Positions 1-13,701 of a stretch of DNA of 64,000 bases are shown here, piece by piece (within the stretch, counting starts at the first letter, position 1; each line of letters opens with the position of its first letter). The stretch is taken from NCBI GenBank assembly GCA_964016885.1, contig OZ024744.1:7440001-7504000 (forward strand), given 5' to 3'. The position numbers were made by a program, and so were the translations under genes. The notes under the pieces were generated by a model. That model made no database searches and was not told the DNA's origin. It worked only from the letters and a program-made list of their open reading frames with translations. Source of the stretch: Eledone cirrhosa. Lineage: Eukaryota.

Positions 1-540
1 TCCATGTGTTAAAATCCCTACCCACTCTAGCATTAAAGTCACCAAGCACGATGACTTTGTCTGCCTGAGGAATATTTCTTAAAACACCTTTCAAGGCATG
101 GTAAAGGGACACTTTTTCTTCATCGACAGAATGCATAGTTGGAGCATACACACTCACCAGGGTCGCATATCTTCCTTTGTCCAGCGGAACTCTCATGGAC
201 ATAAGACGCTTAGTAATCCCCACTGGGAATTCTTCTAATTTATCCACAAGAACAGTCTTGACAGCAAATGCTACCCCAGCCTCTCTTCTGGTTCCTTCAT
301 CTCTTCCTTTCCAGAAGAATGTATATTCTCCACAAAATTCCGTAAGATGACCATCTCAATCTAACCTCGTCTCAGATAAAGCCACGATGTCAAGATCGTA
401 ACGTCGAAGCTCCTTTCCAACAAGAGCGGTCCTTCGTTCAGGACGCTCCAAGGAATCCCTGTCAAGCAGCGTCCGTACGTTCTAGCAGCCAAGACTAAAT
501 GCCTTGTTTGGCTCTATTACGGTGGCACGATGACGAGCGA
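1..540 (-). mobile_element. RTE-clade LINE, 5' part encoding a degraded APE endonuclease (runs off the window start)
   Basis: The minus strand reads FSLGC*NVRTLLDRDSLERPERRTALVGKELRRYDLDIVALSETR, the typical RTE endonuclease N-terminus, with a W-to-stop change. Confidence 0.85.
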
Positions 541-1162
541 TCCCAGGCTGTGATAACCTTGGGCTCCTGCCCTTATTGCCAATTATCCCTTTTGTTCCAG
601 AACCCTTATTGCCAATTATCTCTTTTATATTGTTTTGGAAAAAAAGTAATAATAATAGTAACAATAATAATAATACACTATTAATAATTATTTATTAATG
701 CAATCGTGCAATGCCTATGCGTAAAGAATATTTTTAAAGTGAGGAAAGACTGTGCACTGAGCCAATCCCACTCTCTGAGCGACAGTAGCTATAATCCGAA
801 CAGAATAAAAGATCAACATCATCGGTAACTACTGAGCCGCAGGTTTTATATCGGAGTTATCCCAGTTTCCTGAGTTGCCTTCTCCTAGAAGAATGCCCTG
901 ACAAGGGCTAGGGGTTCTTCGCTTCCAGTGGTTTAACTGCGCGATCGGGCATCCAGCCCGACTATTTCTATGTCCCCGCGCATAAAAAACTAAAAAATAA
1001 AAAAATAAAAACTCACTTATTGACACTCATACGTACGACATACACACACGCAGACACACACACGTACATACACGCGCGCACACACCAACACTCATGCATA
1101 CAAACAAACACACACACATATATATATATATATATTACCGTCATTACTGATACAAGATTATC

Positions 1163-1349
1163 AAGGGCGGTGGATTGGCAGTATCGGTAGAGGGTCGGAC
1201 GCCATGCTTTCCAGCATAGTTACGTCCCTTTACGATCTGAGTTCAAATCCCGCCGAGGTTGACTTTGCCTTTCATCCTTACGGGGTCGATAAAATAAAGT
1301 ACCAGTAATGTACTGGGTAATTTCTGGCCTTGTGCCAATAGTAGAAACA
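1163..1349 (+). mobile_element. tRNA-derived SINE with Nin/Deu-like central domain, full length with TSD
   Basis: A-box-like TGGCAGTATCGG, B-box GAGTTCAAATCC and core GAGGTTGACTTTGCCTTTCATCCTTACGGGGTCGATAAAATAAAGTACCAG. A 19-bp direct repeat ATTACTGATACAAGATTAT lies at 1143-1161 and 1350-1368. Confidence 0.85.
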
Positions 1350-1434
1350 ATTACTGATACAAGATTATGTCAACTGATGACTTTCGAAAGAGTTCGTATA
1401 GTTGAAACCGTTCGTGTTACCGTTCAGTATTATT

Positions 1435-1560
1435 ATAATTGCTTTACAGCATAGAGCTATGGCCCTCCACGCTCCGAGCTCAAATCCCGCCAAGGTCAAC
1501 CTTGCCTTTCATCCCCACGGAGTCAACAAAAGAGAGCACCAGTAATGCGCTGGAACAATC
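1435..1560 (+). mobile_element. Degenerate copy of the same SINE
   Basis: GAGCTCAAATCCCGCCAAGGTCAACCTTGCCTTTCATCC matches the 1163 SINE core. Confidence 0.7.
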
Positions 1561-2536
1561 GCTGGCCCCGCCCAAAAGCAGAAAAATTATTATTATTAAA
1601 GTTGTTGTTTTCTTAACGCACGATCGCTGGTGATGGTGATGGCGGCGGTGGATGGTGGTGATGGTCGATGTTGTTGTTGTGTTGTGTGTGTGTGTTTAAT
1701 TTTTTTTTTTTTTTTATCGTTTGATGCTGCAGTTGTTGTAAATATTCATTTCATTTCATTCTGAAGCTGTTGTTGCTGTAAACATTAGTGCCAGTGTTGT
1801 TGTTGTAGATGTTGGGGTTGAAATTTGGTCGTTTGATCATTATACCAAAAGCTTATGTTTTTAAGCAGACAGTATTATTGATTTAGGTGTGACAGAAACC
1901 CTGTACTTGGATTTTACCATCAATTCCAATGGGTCCAGGTTGGTTATATATGTATGATATATATATGTATGATTTTGTCATTTATTTTGTCTGATCTGTT
2001 TAGCTTGACTTGTTTTTTGGTTTAGGTGGTTAATGCCTTCTTGACCGCCTTCTCAGTTTGTATGGCGTTTATAACCTATGTTTATATATATATATATATA
2101 TAAATACACACACATACACATTCAACACAGAGTAGAGAGTTTGGCAACAGGTCAGTGACTTTTGTCTACAAGGGTAATGACATGTGTAAATGTAAATTAG
2201 GTGATGGGGAGAGAGTGTAGACGCTATTGTGGTGGTGGGGGACAGTGAGATGTATCTAGTTCATTTGACCGTTTTCTTCTCTTTGCAAAATTTGAATTTT
2301 AGCCATGTTATATTGAGATGTAAGTAAATGTAAAATGTAAAATATAAATAAGGATTGCTCTGCTAAAACATACTAAAATATTTGTGTAACTTCCACAAAC
2401 TTCTGTCGTGACATTCCCGAGTCCAGTGACCAACAAATTGTTGTATTTTGATGTTTCAGAATACAAAAATTAATTAAAAACTTACTCCACGAAAAGATCT
2501 TACCCCATGTAAGGAGCTTATAGATCGGACGACACA

Positions 2537-2782
2537 CATACATACGTACGTACATACATACATACATGCATGCATACATACATACATACATACATACATG
2601 CATACATATATACATGCATACATACATACATACATGCATGCATACATACATACATACATACATACATACATACATAGATGCATACATACATACATACATA
2701 CATACATACATACATACATACATACATACATACATACATACATACATACATACATACATACATACATACATACATACATACA
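2537..2782. repeat. (CATA)n microsatellite
   Basis: Visible tandem tetranucleotide tract. Confidence 0.95.
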
Positions 2783-4015
2783 TCTCTCCGACAACATCTA
2801 CGAACTTCGAAGCGTAGGAGCCCGTCTCTCGAGCAAGTCTATCTGCATGAAACAGATAAGATCATGAGAGTTGGGAAGGAACTCCTTGAGAGATATTCCC
2901 TGTGTGATAATCAAAAACTCACACCCAGGGATGTCGCTCAGCAGTATCGCAGTGAATCCATGGATGAAAAACTGCATGCCTATCAGCAAAAAATCATGCA
3001 TGGATATGTTGCCAGGAAGTTCCAGAGTGAGAGTAATATAGATAAGGAAAGTAGTCTATCTTGGACCAACAACCGCTATACTGGCTCCCACTTTAAAGGA
3101 TACGCTTTTGCAATCCAGGAACAGGAGATTAGCACGAAATACCTGATTTACAAAAGAGATAGGGATGCAGGCAAAACACCTAGATGTGATAACAAGTGCA
3201 GACTCTGCAGAACTAACATCGAGGATATCACCCATGTCATCAGAAGCTGTCCAAAGATGTCATCGCGGTACTATCTACCTATGAGGCATGATGTAGTGGC
3301 CAAAACACTGTACAATGCAGTTCGTAAAAAAGATAGCCCCGATAATAAACACATTAAAAGCTACAACAATGTGGAAGACATACATGTTCATAATATGAAA
3401 GAGTACTGGTGGAATGTTCCAGTAAAAACACCAATAAAATTCAGGCATAACAGACCAGATATTATGATATGGGATAGGGAAAAGAAAACATGCACAGTAG
3501 TGGAAATTAGCTGCCCAGCAGATGCCAATATGATATCAAACATTAGTGAAAAGGAGAATATTTATGCAGAACTGATGAGATATCTGCAGATACTCCACCC
3601 TGATTACACCTTCAGATTTATGCCTGTGATTATTGGGGCACTGGGATATGTTAGTAACTGCCTCAATACAAATCTTGAGAAGCTGGGCTTCACAGGAACA
3701 GAAAGAACACAACTAGTTAGGAAACTACAAGTACAATCCATAAATGGAAGGGTAAAAATATGTAAAACAATCCAAAAATGTTGCATCTAATAACTACAGA
3801 TACACATGTACAGATACAAAGCATATACATATGCACACATACAACTCAAAACATACCCATACACACATACAATAACATCCATATCTACACATGCAGACAT
3901 ACATACATAACTACCTAGTTGATGTGTAAATTCCAATGAGAGAGTCTTGTGTCTATGTTAGAAACCGACTCTCTCTCTATTGGTAAAACTTTTTGAAATT
4001 ATAAAACCAGAAGAA
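2783..4015 (+). mobile_element. 5'-truncated R4/Dong-like non-LTR retrotransposon (zinc knuckle, RLE domain and 3' UTR)
   Basis: The ORF to 3790 contains CRLC..EDITHVIRSC, RHDVV and RPDIMIWD..VVEISCP (PD-(D/E)xK-type). (CATA)n flanks both sides. Confidence 0.9.
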
Positions 4016-5410
4016 CATACATACATACACACACAGTGGAGACAGCGTACTAGGTATATAGAGAGCTAGACGTGATATAGACGCTATCTTTTTGTTTTAT
4101 TTCGTTTGTTGGTTTTTATCTGTCATTTCTTCTTTGCTAGAATTTTGGTATGTCGGTATGTGGGTGGATTCTGCTAGAAGAGTTGTGTAGAATCTCCGGT
4201 AAGATAATATCTTCAATTCTACAAACCCCATGCACACTTTACATCGCATTACTCGTGCAGCAGTTATTTCTTCTGTTAAATATTCCATTACAATTCGTCT
4301 GTAAGGAAGTTACTCGTGAATCTGGTAGACGATCCTCCGTCGGTTGTGGTGCTCAGCAATCATATCTTCGATTAAATTAATATCTACTTGTGAAATTTAC
4401 AAAAAATTGTATTACAGTTGTTTGAATTTACAGTTGAATAACATTACAAATATGTTTTCAATAACATAACAAATGCGTAAATAGCATTATAAATTGCTCT
4501 TAATTCGTTCAGAAGGATAAATATGTCTAAACCGTGTATAGTAAAAATTCATTGAACAGTAATAATAAAGGAAAGACAAAAGAAGGGAAGGCAATTTACC
4601 ACCAGGTGTGACAATCGGCCGCACCTCACAGCTTGGGAGTTAACTCACACTTTCAGGCACCTTCACGGGCATCACCTGACACTTCATTAAGGTGAGCTGC
4701 CTATGAAGACAAGAACTTCGCTGTCAGTGGCCCGACTCTACGGAACGTCTCGAACGCCACAGGCTAATAAAATGATTATTTGATAAGTATTTCCGGATTT
4801 TATTCTGTTCGGCAGCGGAAACAGCGATCCCCACATTCACCGGCGTCCATGATGTGGAAGGGAGCAAAAGAGTCACTGACTGTGACGTCCCAGATGAGAC
4901 ACCTACCTCTCACCCAGGGACAAAGGGTAAGACCGGCTGGTCTCTTCCCATCAATACTGGATAAACCAGCTCTTTTGAGGGGTTGAGTATTCGAATAGAA
5001 ACATAAGTCTTAATGTTATTAGCAGGTAGTATAAGCGCAGGGCAATTTGAAAAGAATAGATTTTTGTATTGGAAACAGTGCTTGTGAGAGATAGTGCAGC
5101 GGGAACTGATACATCTCTCGGGATAATGCAGAGCCAATTGGGGGCTTGGAAATATTTGCCCCTAAACCCATAAAAAAAAACTTGTCGGCCTCATTTAGAG
5201 TGTAAATGTTATTTTGTTTCACTTTAAAAGTGGTGTTTACAGTCAATGTAGTATTATAAATTATTGGGTACGTCACTTACCATTCCACAAATACGTGCAG
5301 GTTTAACGTAATTCTAAGACATAATCAGCGTGATAAGAAATTTGTATAGTAGATAGTTGAGAGGTAGAGAAGAAGTGAAAGTCAGAGATAGGCAAGTAAT
5401 ATAACATAGG

Positions 5411-5454
<44 letters not shown>

Positions 5455-5485
5455 CATACATACATACATATATACATGCATACAT

Positions 5486-5665
5486 ACAAGTACAATCCAT
5501 TAATGGAACAGTAAAAATATGTAAAACATTCCAAAAATTCTGCATCTAATAACTGCATATACACATGCACACATACAACTCAAAACATACACCTCCACAT
5601 ATACAATAACATCATACCTGCACACACACACACATGCAGACATGCAGATATATCTACCTAGTGGA
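5486..5665 (+). mobile_element. Short 3' fragment of the same R4/Dong-like element
   Basis: CAAGTACAATCCATTAATGGAACAGTAAAAATATGTAAAACATTCCAAAAA..GCATCTAATAACT matches 3728-3920. Confidence 0.8.
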
Positions 5666-5760
5666 TACATACATACATACATACATACATACATACATAC
5701 ATACATACATACATACATACATACATACATACATACATACATACATACATACATACATAC
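5666..5760. repeat. (CATA)n microsatellite
   Basis: Visible tandem tract. Confidence 0.95.
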
Positions 5761-8430
5761 AACAAAATTAAGGAAGTATCGAAGACAAATAACAAGGAAG
5801 GTAATCAAACTTTATTCAATTGTAGCTACGGAAAAAACCGAAATTATAAATCGCATTTCTCTTGGAGTTGCGAACTTAATAATGATTTATTTAATTGTTA
5901 TAAAATGGCAAAAAACAATCCCTCCATTGGCTATATGAATAGAATGAAGCTACACTGGGACGAAATACACCCAGAGCTAAATTATTTCACAGTGAAACAA
6001 TTACGCCCACAAGCGACGTTTGTTGAACGTAAAAATAAGATAAATATTATTAATTGTAAGTCTCCCACAACAAACATGTTATCAACAACACGTGCTACAG
6101 GTCGCCACGTTACTAGACTTCCTAGCAGCCAGGTCGAACAGTGCCTTGAAACAACTATGCCTGTAAGGAACATGACACCACCTGTACCATCTAAGTCTAC
6201 CTCGAATGCTGGGGGAAAACACTATCGATAATATTAATAATCGAAGAAATTTCACACCACGTGTACCATCCGAGTCTACCTCGACTGTTGTGGAAAATAC
6301 TATCGTAATGATAATAATCAAAAGTATAAACAATTGAAATTTTCCCTGAACGAAATCTTCCAGAAATAAATGAATTCATGTATAAATATCTCTCTTGCTG
6401 AACGTATTAAAACGACAATGTTTAATAGATAAACAAATAATGAAATATTACGTGTTATTGACGAAATAGGGGATGAATATTTACGACGGATAAAAAACCC
6501 CAACATTTTGGCAAACCAACGCCTGTTTATATGCCTTAGCAACGACAGTGAAGTATTATCTTGGTGATAGCAGAGATATTAACAAGAACAAAACACCACC
6601 AAAAATACCATCATATATAACTAAAATAGAAAAAAAGATTGCTGACCTACGAAAAACATAGGATATGTGACAATGCTCCTTACATGCAAACCAACACAAA
6701 AAAACCTCACTCCCCATCAACAAAGAGTGAAAAATAAATTAGAGACGATGTTTGGTAACAGTAAATCGAGAACTCTCCAATATAAGCAGATCACCCTCAA
6801 ACAAGAATTGAAAGTTGTTAACTGAAGATAGATGAGAGAAAAGTGCTTAATAAAAGATTCAGACTAAACCAAACAACAGTCTATAGAGATATGAAGGGCA
6901 AAATAATAAGTGTCACTGAGGCCCCATCCCAGAAAGACATAGATTCCTTTTGGAGCAAAATATGGGGTGAAAAGAAGAATTTCAACTAAGATTCAATGTG
7001 GCTAAGAGAAATCCGAAAGAACTATTGCTTCTACACTATAAAAAAACATATGAAATATGTGAGGGTACCCTTGAGACTGTGATAGGAAAACTCCAAGATA
7101 AGAAAACACCAGGAAGAGACGTGATTGTCGGCTACTGGTACAAAAAAACTGATATTCTATCGGAGGTATCTTACTGACCTCTACCAACAAGTTGTTAAGG
7201 GAGATACACTTATACCAGAATGGCTGACATTAGCACAAACATTACTGGTCCCCAACAACAAAGACACCCACTTGGCAAAAAACTACCGACCCATTGCATG
7301 CCAGAACCTGATGTATAAGATGTATACAGCCTGCCTGAACCTATTCTTCCAAGATCACTGTGAAAATAATAACATCATCACAGATGAACAAGCAGCTGGA
7401 AAGAAAGGGGTTTGGGGATGTGCTGAACAACTCCAAATCAACAAAACTGCGATGTCGGAGGTGCGACAGTTTAGGAGGAATATGGCTACACTCTGGCTGG
7501 ACTACAGGAAAGCTTTCAATTCTGTTCCCCACTCTTGGATGATAGAGGCCCTCCAACTTGCTAAAGTCTTAGACATTATTGTCAGAGCCATAGAGAAGCT
7601 GTCTTCTTCTTGGGCTACTATCCTAAGGTTAAAGACAGAGAGGGAGGACACTATTTTCACTGATAAAATAAAATATTGCATGGGTATATTTCGGGAGGGG
7701 GGGGGGGCATTCTCTCTATTATGTTATTCATCTTTTCATTAAACCCTTTGTCCTTTCTGCTCAAGAAATGTGAGGGATACATCATTAGCTCACAGCAGGA
7801 CAGAAATATGAACCTAATCCATAATTTCTTTGTGGACGATCTGAAACTCTATGCCAAGAACATGGATGGGATAAAGAAAAATCTTGACCTGCTTACAACG
7901 TTCTCAAAGAATATATGAATGAAGTTTGGCCAAGATAAATGGTCATACATGACTGTAAAGCGGGGAAAAACAACAACCCAATCTAGTAACATTGTCATCA
8001 ATGGCCTAAAGTTTCACCGATATCTGATGAGGACTAATACAGATACCTGGGGATAGATGAGAACATATCCTATAATGGTATCTGTAATAAAGAACGCGTA
8101 ACCAGGGAATATTACACCCGATTAAGAAAGATATGGTCATCGGAACTCTCTGCACAAAACAAAACAGTGGCTCACAATGTGTTTGCTGTGCCTGTCCTAA
8201 CGCCAACGTTTGGAATACTCAATTGGACGATAGACGAAATCCGAGCAGTTGATGTTGGAACTCGAAAAATACTAAACAACACCGGAAACTTCCACATCAA
8301 CAGTGACATAGACCGCCTTTACTTGAAACGTAAGCAGGGAGGCAGAGGCCTAACATCAGTCCAGACAACATTTGAATGTCGCATCATATCTCTCAGACAA
8401 CATCTACGAACCTCGAAGCGTAGGAGCCCG
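5761..8430 (+). mobile_element. R4/Dong-like LINE, N-terminal and RT region, degraded and 3'-truncated
   Basis: Frameshifted ORFs contain NYRPIAC, WLDYRKAFNSVPH, FFVDDLKLY and IDRLYLKRKQGGRGL. Confidence 0.9.
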
Positions 8431-8431
8431 T

Positions 8432-11400
8432 AGGACACCCAAAAGTTCGGTTTTATGCAGAGACTAAAAACTTTGTGAAACTCCAAACACCCAGAATTAG
8501 ACTTTTCCCCAACACATTTTAATGAAGGGACAACACGTGTCATTAGATGTAAATTGATACATCTAACAGAACTGAGTGACACTATTGAAGACAATCATTC
8601 CATTTCCATTGGCAGACAGAGAGAATGGTCTAGCAGTAAACAGGTCACCAACAACGTAGCTGACATCCACCCCACTGCCACTGATGGACAACAAAGAGTA
8701 TGGTCAGCTGAATCTAGCAGTAAACAGGTCACCAACAACATAGCTGACATCTACCCCACTGCCACTGATGGACAACAGAGAGAATCGTCAGCTGAATCTA
8801 GCAGTAAACCAAACATCAGTCTATAGAGATATGCGGAACAAAATAATAAGTGTCACTGAGGCCCCCATCCCACAAAGACATAGATTACTTTTGAAGAAAA
8901 ATATGGTGTGAAAAGAAGAATTTCAACCAAGATGCAGTGTGGCAAAGAGAAATCTGAAAGAACTATTGCTCCTACACTACAAAAAAACATGAAATATGTG
9001 AGGGTACCCTTGAGACTGTGATAGGAAAACTTCAAGATAAGAAAACACCAGAAAGAGACATGATTGTCGGCTACTGGTACAAAAAACTAATATTCTATCG
9101 GAGGTATCTTACTGAACTCTACCAACAAGTTCTTAAGGGATTTACACTTATACCAGAATGGTTGACATTAGGACAAACATTACTGGTCACCCAAGAACAA
9201 AGACACCCACTTGGCAAAAAACTACCGACCCATTGCATGCCAGAACCTGATGTATAAGATGTATACAGCCTGCCTGAACCTATTCTTCCAAGATCACTGT
9301 GAAAATAATAACATCATCACAGATGAACAAGCAGCTGGAAAGAAATGGGTTTGGATGTGTGCTGAACAACTCCTAATTAACAAGACTGCTATGTCGGTGG
9401 TTCAACAACTTAGAAGGAATATGACTACAGTCTGGCTGGACTACAGGAAAGCTTTTGATTCGGTTCCCCATTCATGGATGATAGAGGCCCGCCAACTTGC
9501 TAAAGTCCCATACATTATTGTCAGAGCCATAGAGAGGCTGTCTTCTTCTTGGGCTACTATCCTAAGGTTAAAGACAGAGAGGGAGGACACTAGTTTCACT
9601 GATAAAATAAAATACCACAGGTGTATAGTTCTGTGATACTATTTATCCTGTCATTAAAACCCTTGTCCTTTCTGCTCAAGAAATGTGAGGGATACATCAT
9701 TGGCTCACAGGAGGACAGAAATACGACCCTAACTCATAATTTCTTTGTGGACGATCTGAAACTCTATGCCAAGAACATAGATGGGATGAAGAAAAATCTT
9801 GACCTGGTTACAACGTTCTCAAAGGATATAGGAATGGAGTTTGGCCAGGATTAATGCTCATACATGACTGTAAAGCGGGGAAAAACTACAACCCAATCTA
9901 GCAACATTGTCATCAATGGCCTATCTGTTTCACCGATATCTGATGAGGACTGCTACAGATACCTGGGGATAGATGAGAACATATCCTATAATGGTATCTG
10001 TAATAAAGAACGCGTCACCAGGGAATACTACACCCGATTAAGAGAAAGATGGTCATCGGAACTCTCTGCACAAGTCAAAACAGTAGCTCACAATGTGTTT
10101 GCTGAGCCTGTCCTAACGCCAACGTTTAGAATACTCAATTGGACGATAGACGAGCAGTTGATGTTAAAACTCGAAAAATACTAAACAACACCGGAAACTT
10201 CCATATCAACAGTGACATAGACCGCCTTTACTTGAAACGTAAGCAGGGAGGCAGAGGCCTAACATCGGTCCAGACAACATTTGAATGTCGCATCATATCA
10301 ATCCGAAAACATTTACGAACCTTGAAGCGTAGGAGCCCGTCTCTCGAGCAAGTCTATCTGCATGAAGCAGATAAGATCATGAGAGTTGGGAAGGAACTCC
10401 TCGAGAGATATTCCCTGTGTGATAATCAAAAACTCACACCCAGGGATGTCGCTCAGCAGTATCGCAGTGAATCCATAGATGAAAAACTGCATGCTTATCA
10501 GCAAAAAATCATGCATGGATATGGTACCAGGAAGCTCCAGAGTGAGAGTATTATAGATAAAGAAAGTAGTCTATCTTGGACCAACAACTGCTATACTGGC
10601 TCCCACTTTGAAGGATACACTTTTGCAATCCAATAACAGGAGATTAACACGAAATACCTGATTCACAAAAGAGATAGGGATGTAGGCAAAACACCTAGAT
10701 GTGATAACAAGTGCAGACTCTGCAGAACTAACATCGAGGATATCACCCATGTCATCAGCAGCTGTCCAAAGATGTCATCGCGGTACTATCTACCTATGAG
10801 ACATGATGTAGTGGCCAAAACACTGTAAAATGCAATCCATAGAAAAGATAGCCCCAATAATAAACACATTAAAAGCTACAACAATGTGGAAGATATCCAT
10901 ATACATAATATGAAAGAGTACTGGTGGAATGTTCCAGTAAAAACACCAATAAAATGCAGGCATAACAGATCAGATATTATGATATGGGACAGGGAGAAGA
11001 AAACATGCACAGTAGTGGAAATTAGCTGCCCAACAGATTCCAATATAATATCAAAGATTGACGAAAAGGAGAATATTTATGCAGAACTGATGAGATATCT
11101 GCAGATAATCCACCCTCATAACACCTTCAGATTTATGCCTGTGATTATTGGGGTACTGGGATATGTTAGTAACTGCCTCAATACAAATCTGGAGAAGCTG
11201 GGCTTCACAGGAACAGAAAGAACACAACTAGTTAGGAAACTACAAGTACAATCCATTAATGAAACAGTAAAAATATGTAAAACATTCCAAAAATGTTGCA
11301 TCTAATAACTACATATACACATGTACAGATACAAAGTATATACACATGCACACATACAACTCAAAACTTACACATCCACACATACAATAACATCCATATC

Positions 11401-11495
11401 TACACATGCATGCATACATACATATCTACCTAGTTGATGTTGCGTAAATTCCAATGAGAGAGTCTTGTGTCTATGTTAGAAACTGACTCTCTATC
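8432..11495 (+). mobile_element. R4/Dong-like LINE copy with an internal deletion (RT, RLE and 3' UTR), pseudogenised
   Basis: ORFs 9211-9636, 9621-9854 (FVDD), 10139-10636 and 10886-11305. Highly similar to 6866-8430 and 2783-3970. Confidence 0.9.
8629..8808 (+). repeat. 84-bp tandem repeat (about 2.2 units) in the LINE N-terminal region
   Basis: TCTAGCAGTAAA recurs at 8629, 8713 and 8797. Confidence 0.85.
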
Positions 11496-11984
11496 TATAT
11501 ATATATATGCTCCAGTCTGTCTCTATTGATCATTATAGAGTTTATTCATAGTTATTTCCCTGCCACTCTCTTGGCATCCTTAAGACCAGTTATAGAAATG
11601 TGAATAAACACACACACAAACACGCACACAATCGCACTTACACACAAACACACATTCAAACACACAAACACAGACATACAAACGCAAACACAAACACGCA
11701 AACACATACACAAAGTTACACAGAATCACCCACATACAAATACACACATACACATGAATTATGTATTGACAATTAGTATATATATATATATATATGAAAG
11801 ACGTAAATAAGAAAGTTATGAAAATTGACTTACTTACTAAAATTCCACTCCAACTAATTAGTTTCTGTAAGGGGATAAATATAGTTACGTAATAACTATA
11901 GAGAAGCCTTACGGCATCAGGGAATATATTCTCAGCTAAGCTTCCAGGCAATGCGGGGACACTGGGAACTTATATAAAAATAAT

Positions 11985-13701
11985 TCAGTGGATGGAAAAA
12001 AGCGTTAATGAGACAAGCTGTGGGAAAACGTGCCTGACAAACGGCGACCACACCTGTTCACCGTCAAGGAAGCACCAGAGATGTCGCAGCCTCAGCGCAT
12101 GTTTGCGCATCATCAGCCATGTCATGCCCAGTCCTCCGCGCAACTGGTGTTGACAGCAGATGGATCGTCTGACCATGGTAGCGCGTTTCTTCCACAAAAA
12201 GCGGAAGAAGAGGCGCTCCATTTTGGTGAGAGTTGGGCTGGAGCAAGGGACGATGGTGATGCGGTAGCAGATGACGGATGCGATGTACGCATTCGTCACT
12301 TCCGCCCGGCCTTTCAGGGACAGCTTCCTCTCAGCCCATTTCTGGGTGAAGGAGGCCACCCTGCTCGTCACCTCGTTCCAGTTTTTCTCCATCTGGAGGT
12401 CCGGTCCGAACCAGACCCCGAGCAATTTAACCGGTCCGTCCGTCCAACGCCCTACGACGCTGTCGGACGGCATGGACTTGCCTCTCCAGGTGCCAAGCTG
12501 CAAGCCCACCGACTTTTCCTGGTTTATCTTTGCTCCTGTCACCGCTTCGTATTCCTTGAGAGCGGTGCCGAGCATCTGGACGTGTCTGGTGCTCGACACC
12601 ACCACGGTGACGTCTTCAGCGTAAGCCGACTCGGATCTCCCGCATCCTAGTTCGCGTGGGACGCCCTTCATCTCCCCCAGTTTGTGCAGTAACGGCTCGA
12701 GAGCCAATACGTACAAGAGGGACGAGAGTGGACAACCCTGGCGGACTGAGCGTATGATGCTGAACGGCTGCGACAGGTGACTGTTCACCCTCACAACTGA
12801 ACAGATGTCGCTGTACATTGCTGCGATCCAACGCCTGAAAACGGGCCCGAAGCCGGCTGCCTCGAGGACCGCTGCCAGGTACCGATGGTCGACTCTATCG
12901 AATGCTTTGGATTGATCCAAGTTGATCAGGGCCCCACCCTTGCCAGGTTCCTTAACCACCCTCTCTATGATGTATCGCATGAGGTGGAGGTTGTCGTGTA
13001 TGGATCTGTCCGGAATGGCGCATGTCTGCGCCTCTCCCACCAAACCCTTGACGACAAGCGCCAACCTCGTTGCTAACACATTGGCCAAAATCTTGAACTC
13101 TGCGTTTAGCAGCGTTATGGGCCTGAAATTATCATTAACATCCCCCTTGTTCGGGTCTTTTCTCAGCCGCGCCACTGCTCCCCGGCTCACAAAACTGGGA
13201 ATGCTCCCGTTCTGCTGCCAGTTGCAGTAGACGTCTGCCAAGAGGTCACCGAACAAGTCTGGCATAAATGCATAAAGTTCGTAGGGCAGACCATCTAAAA
13301 CCTGGCGATTTACCTCTTGTGCAGTTAGCCATCGCTTCCCGTATTTCACCGGCTGTTATTGGCTTTTCGCAACACTGTGCTGCGGTCGTCGAGAGCAGAG
13401 GCAGTCCGTCGAGGTATGCACTGAAGTCCATGCCCCGATCCGGCCCGCCACCGCTCCCGAACAGTTCAGCAAAGTGCTGCTGAAAAGCTTCACACATCCG
13501 CTCGGGTTCGAGCATCACGCACCCGTTTTGGTCAGGCAAAGACCGAATTGTGGCTTTGTTGCCACATCGCGCCTCTGCCATCCGGGCCCACTGGACGGCT
13601 TTTGTCCCTTCGTGTTTCAAAGCACGCGCTCTAGCTCTGACAACGCAGCCTTCGTGTTTTGCGTTGAAGAATTGGTCGAGTGCCAATCTCGCCGCAAGCA
13701 C
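11985..13701 (-). pseudogene. ORF2 reverse transcriptase domain (frameshifted, YADD changed to YAED, C-terminus lost)
   Basis: GKSPG, NFRPITLLN, LDQSKAFDRVDH, VRQGCPLS, AYAED and GGLG motifs. Confidence 0.9.

Noticed and set aside
1374-1412. CTGATGA...GAAACCG hammerhead-like motif
   Set aside because: Stems I and III do not pair convincingly.
4717-4750. FAVSGPTLRN, resembling an L2/CR1 C-terminal motif
   Set aside because: Too short to support a feature call.
8629-8808. CRISPR-like array
   Set aside because: Units repeat in full without unique spacers, the context is a eukaryotic LINE, and there are no cas genes.
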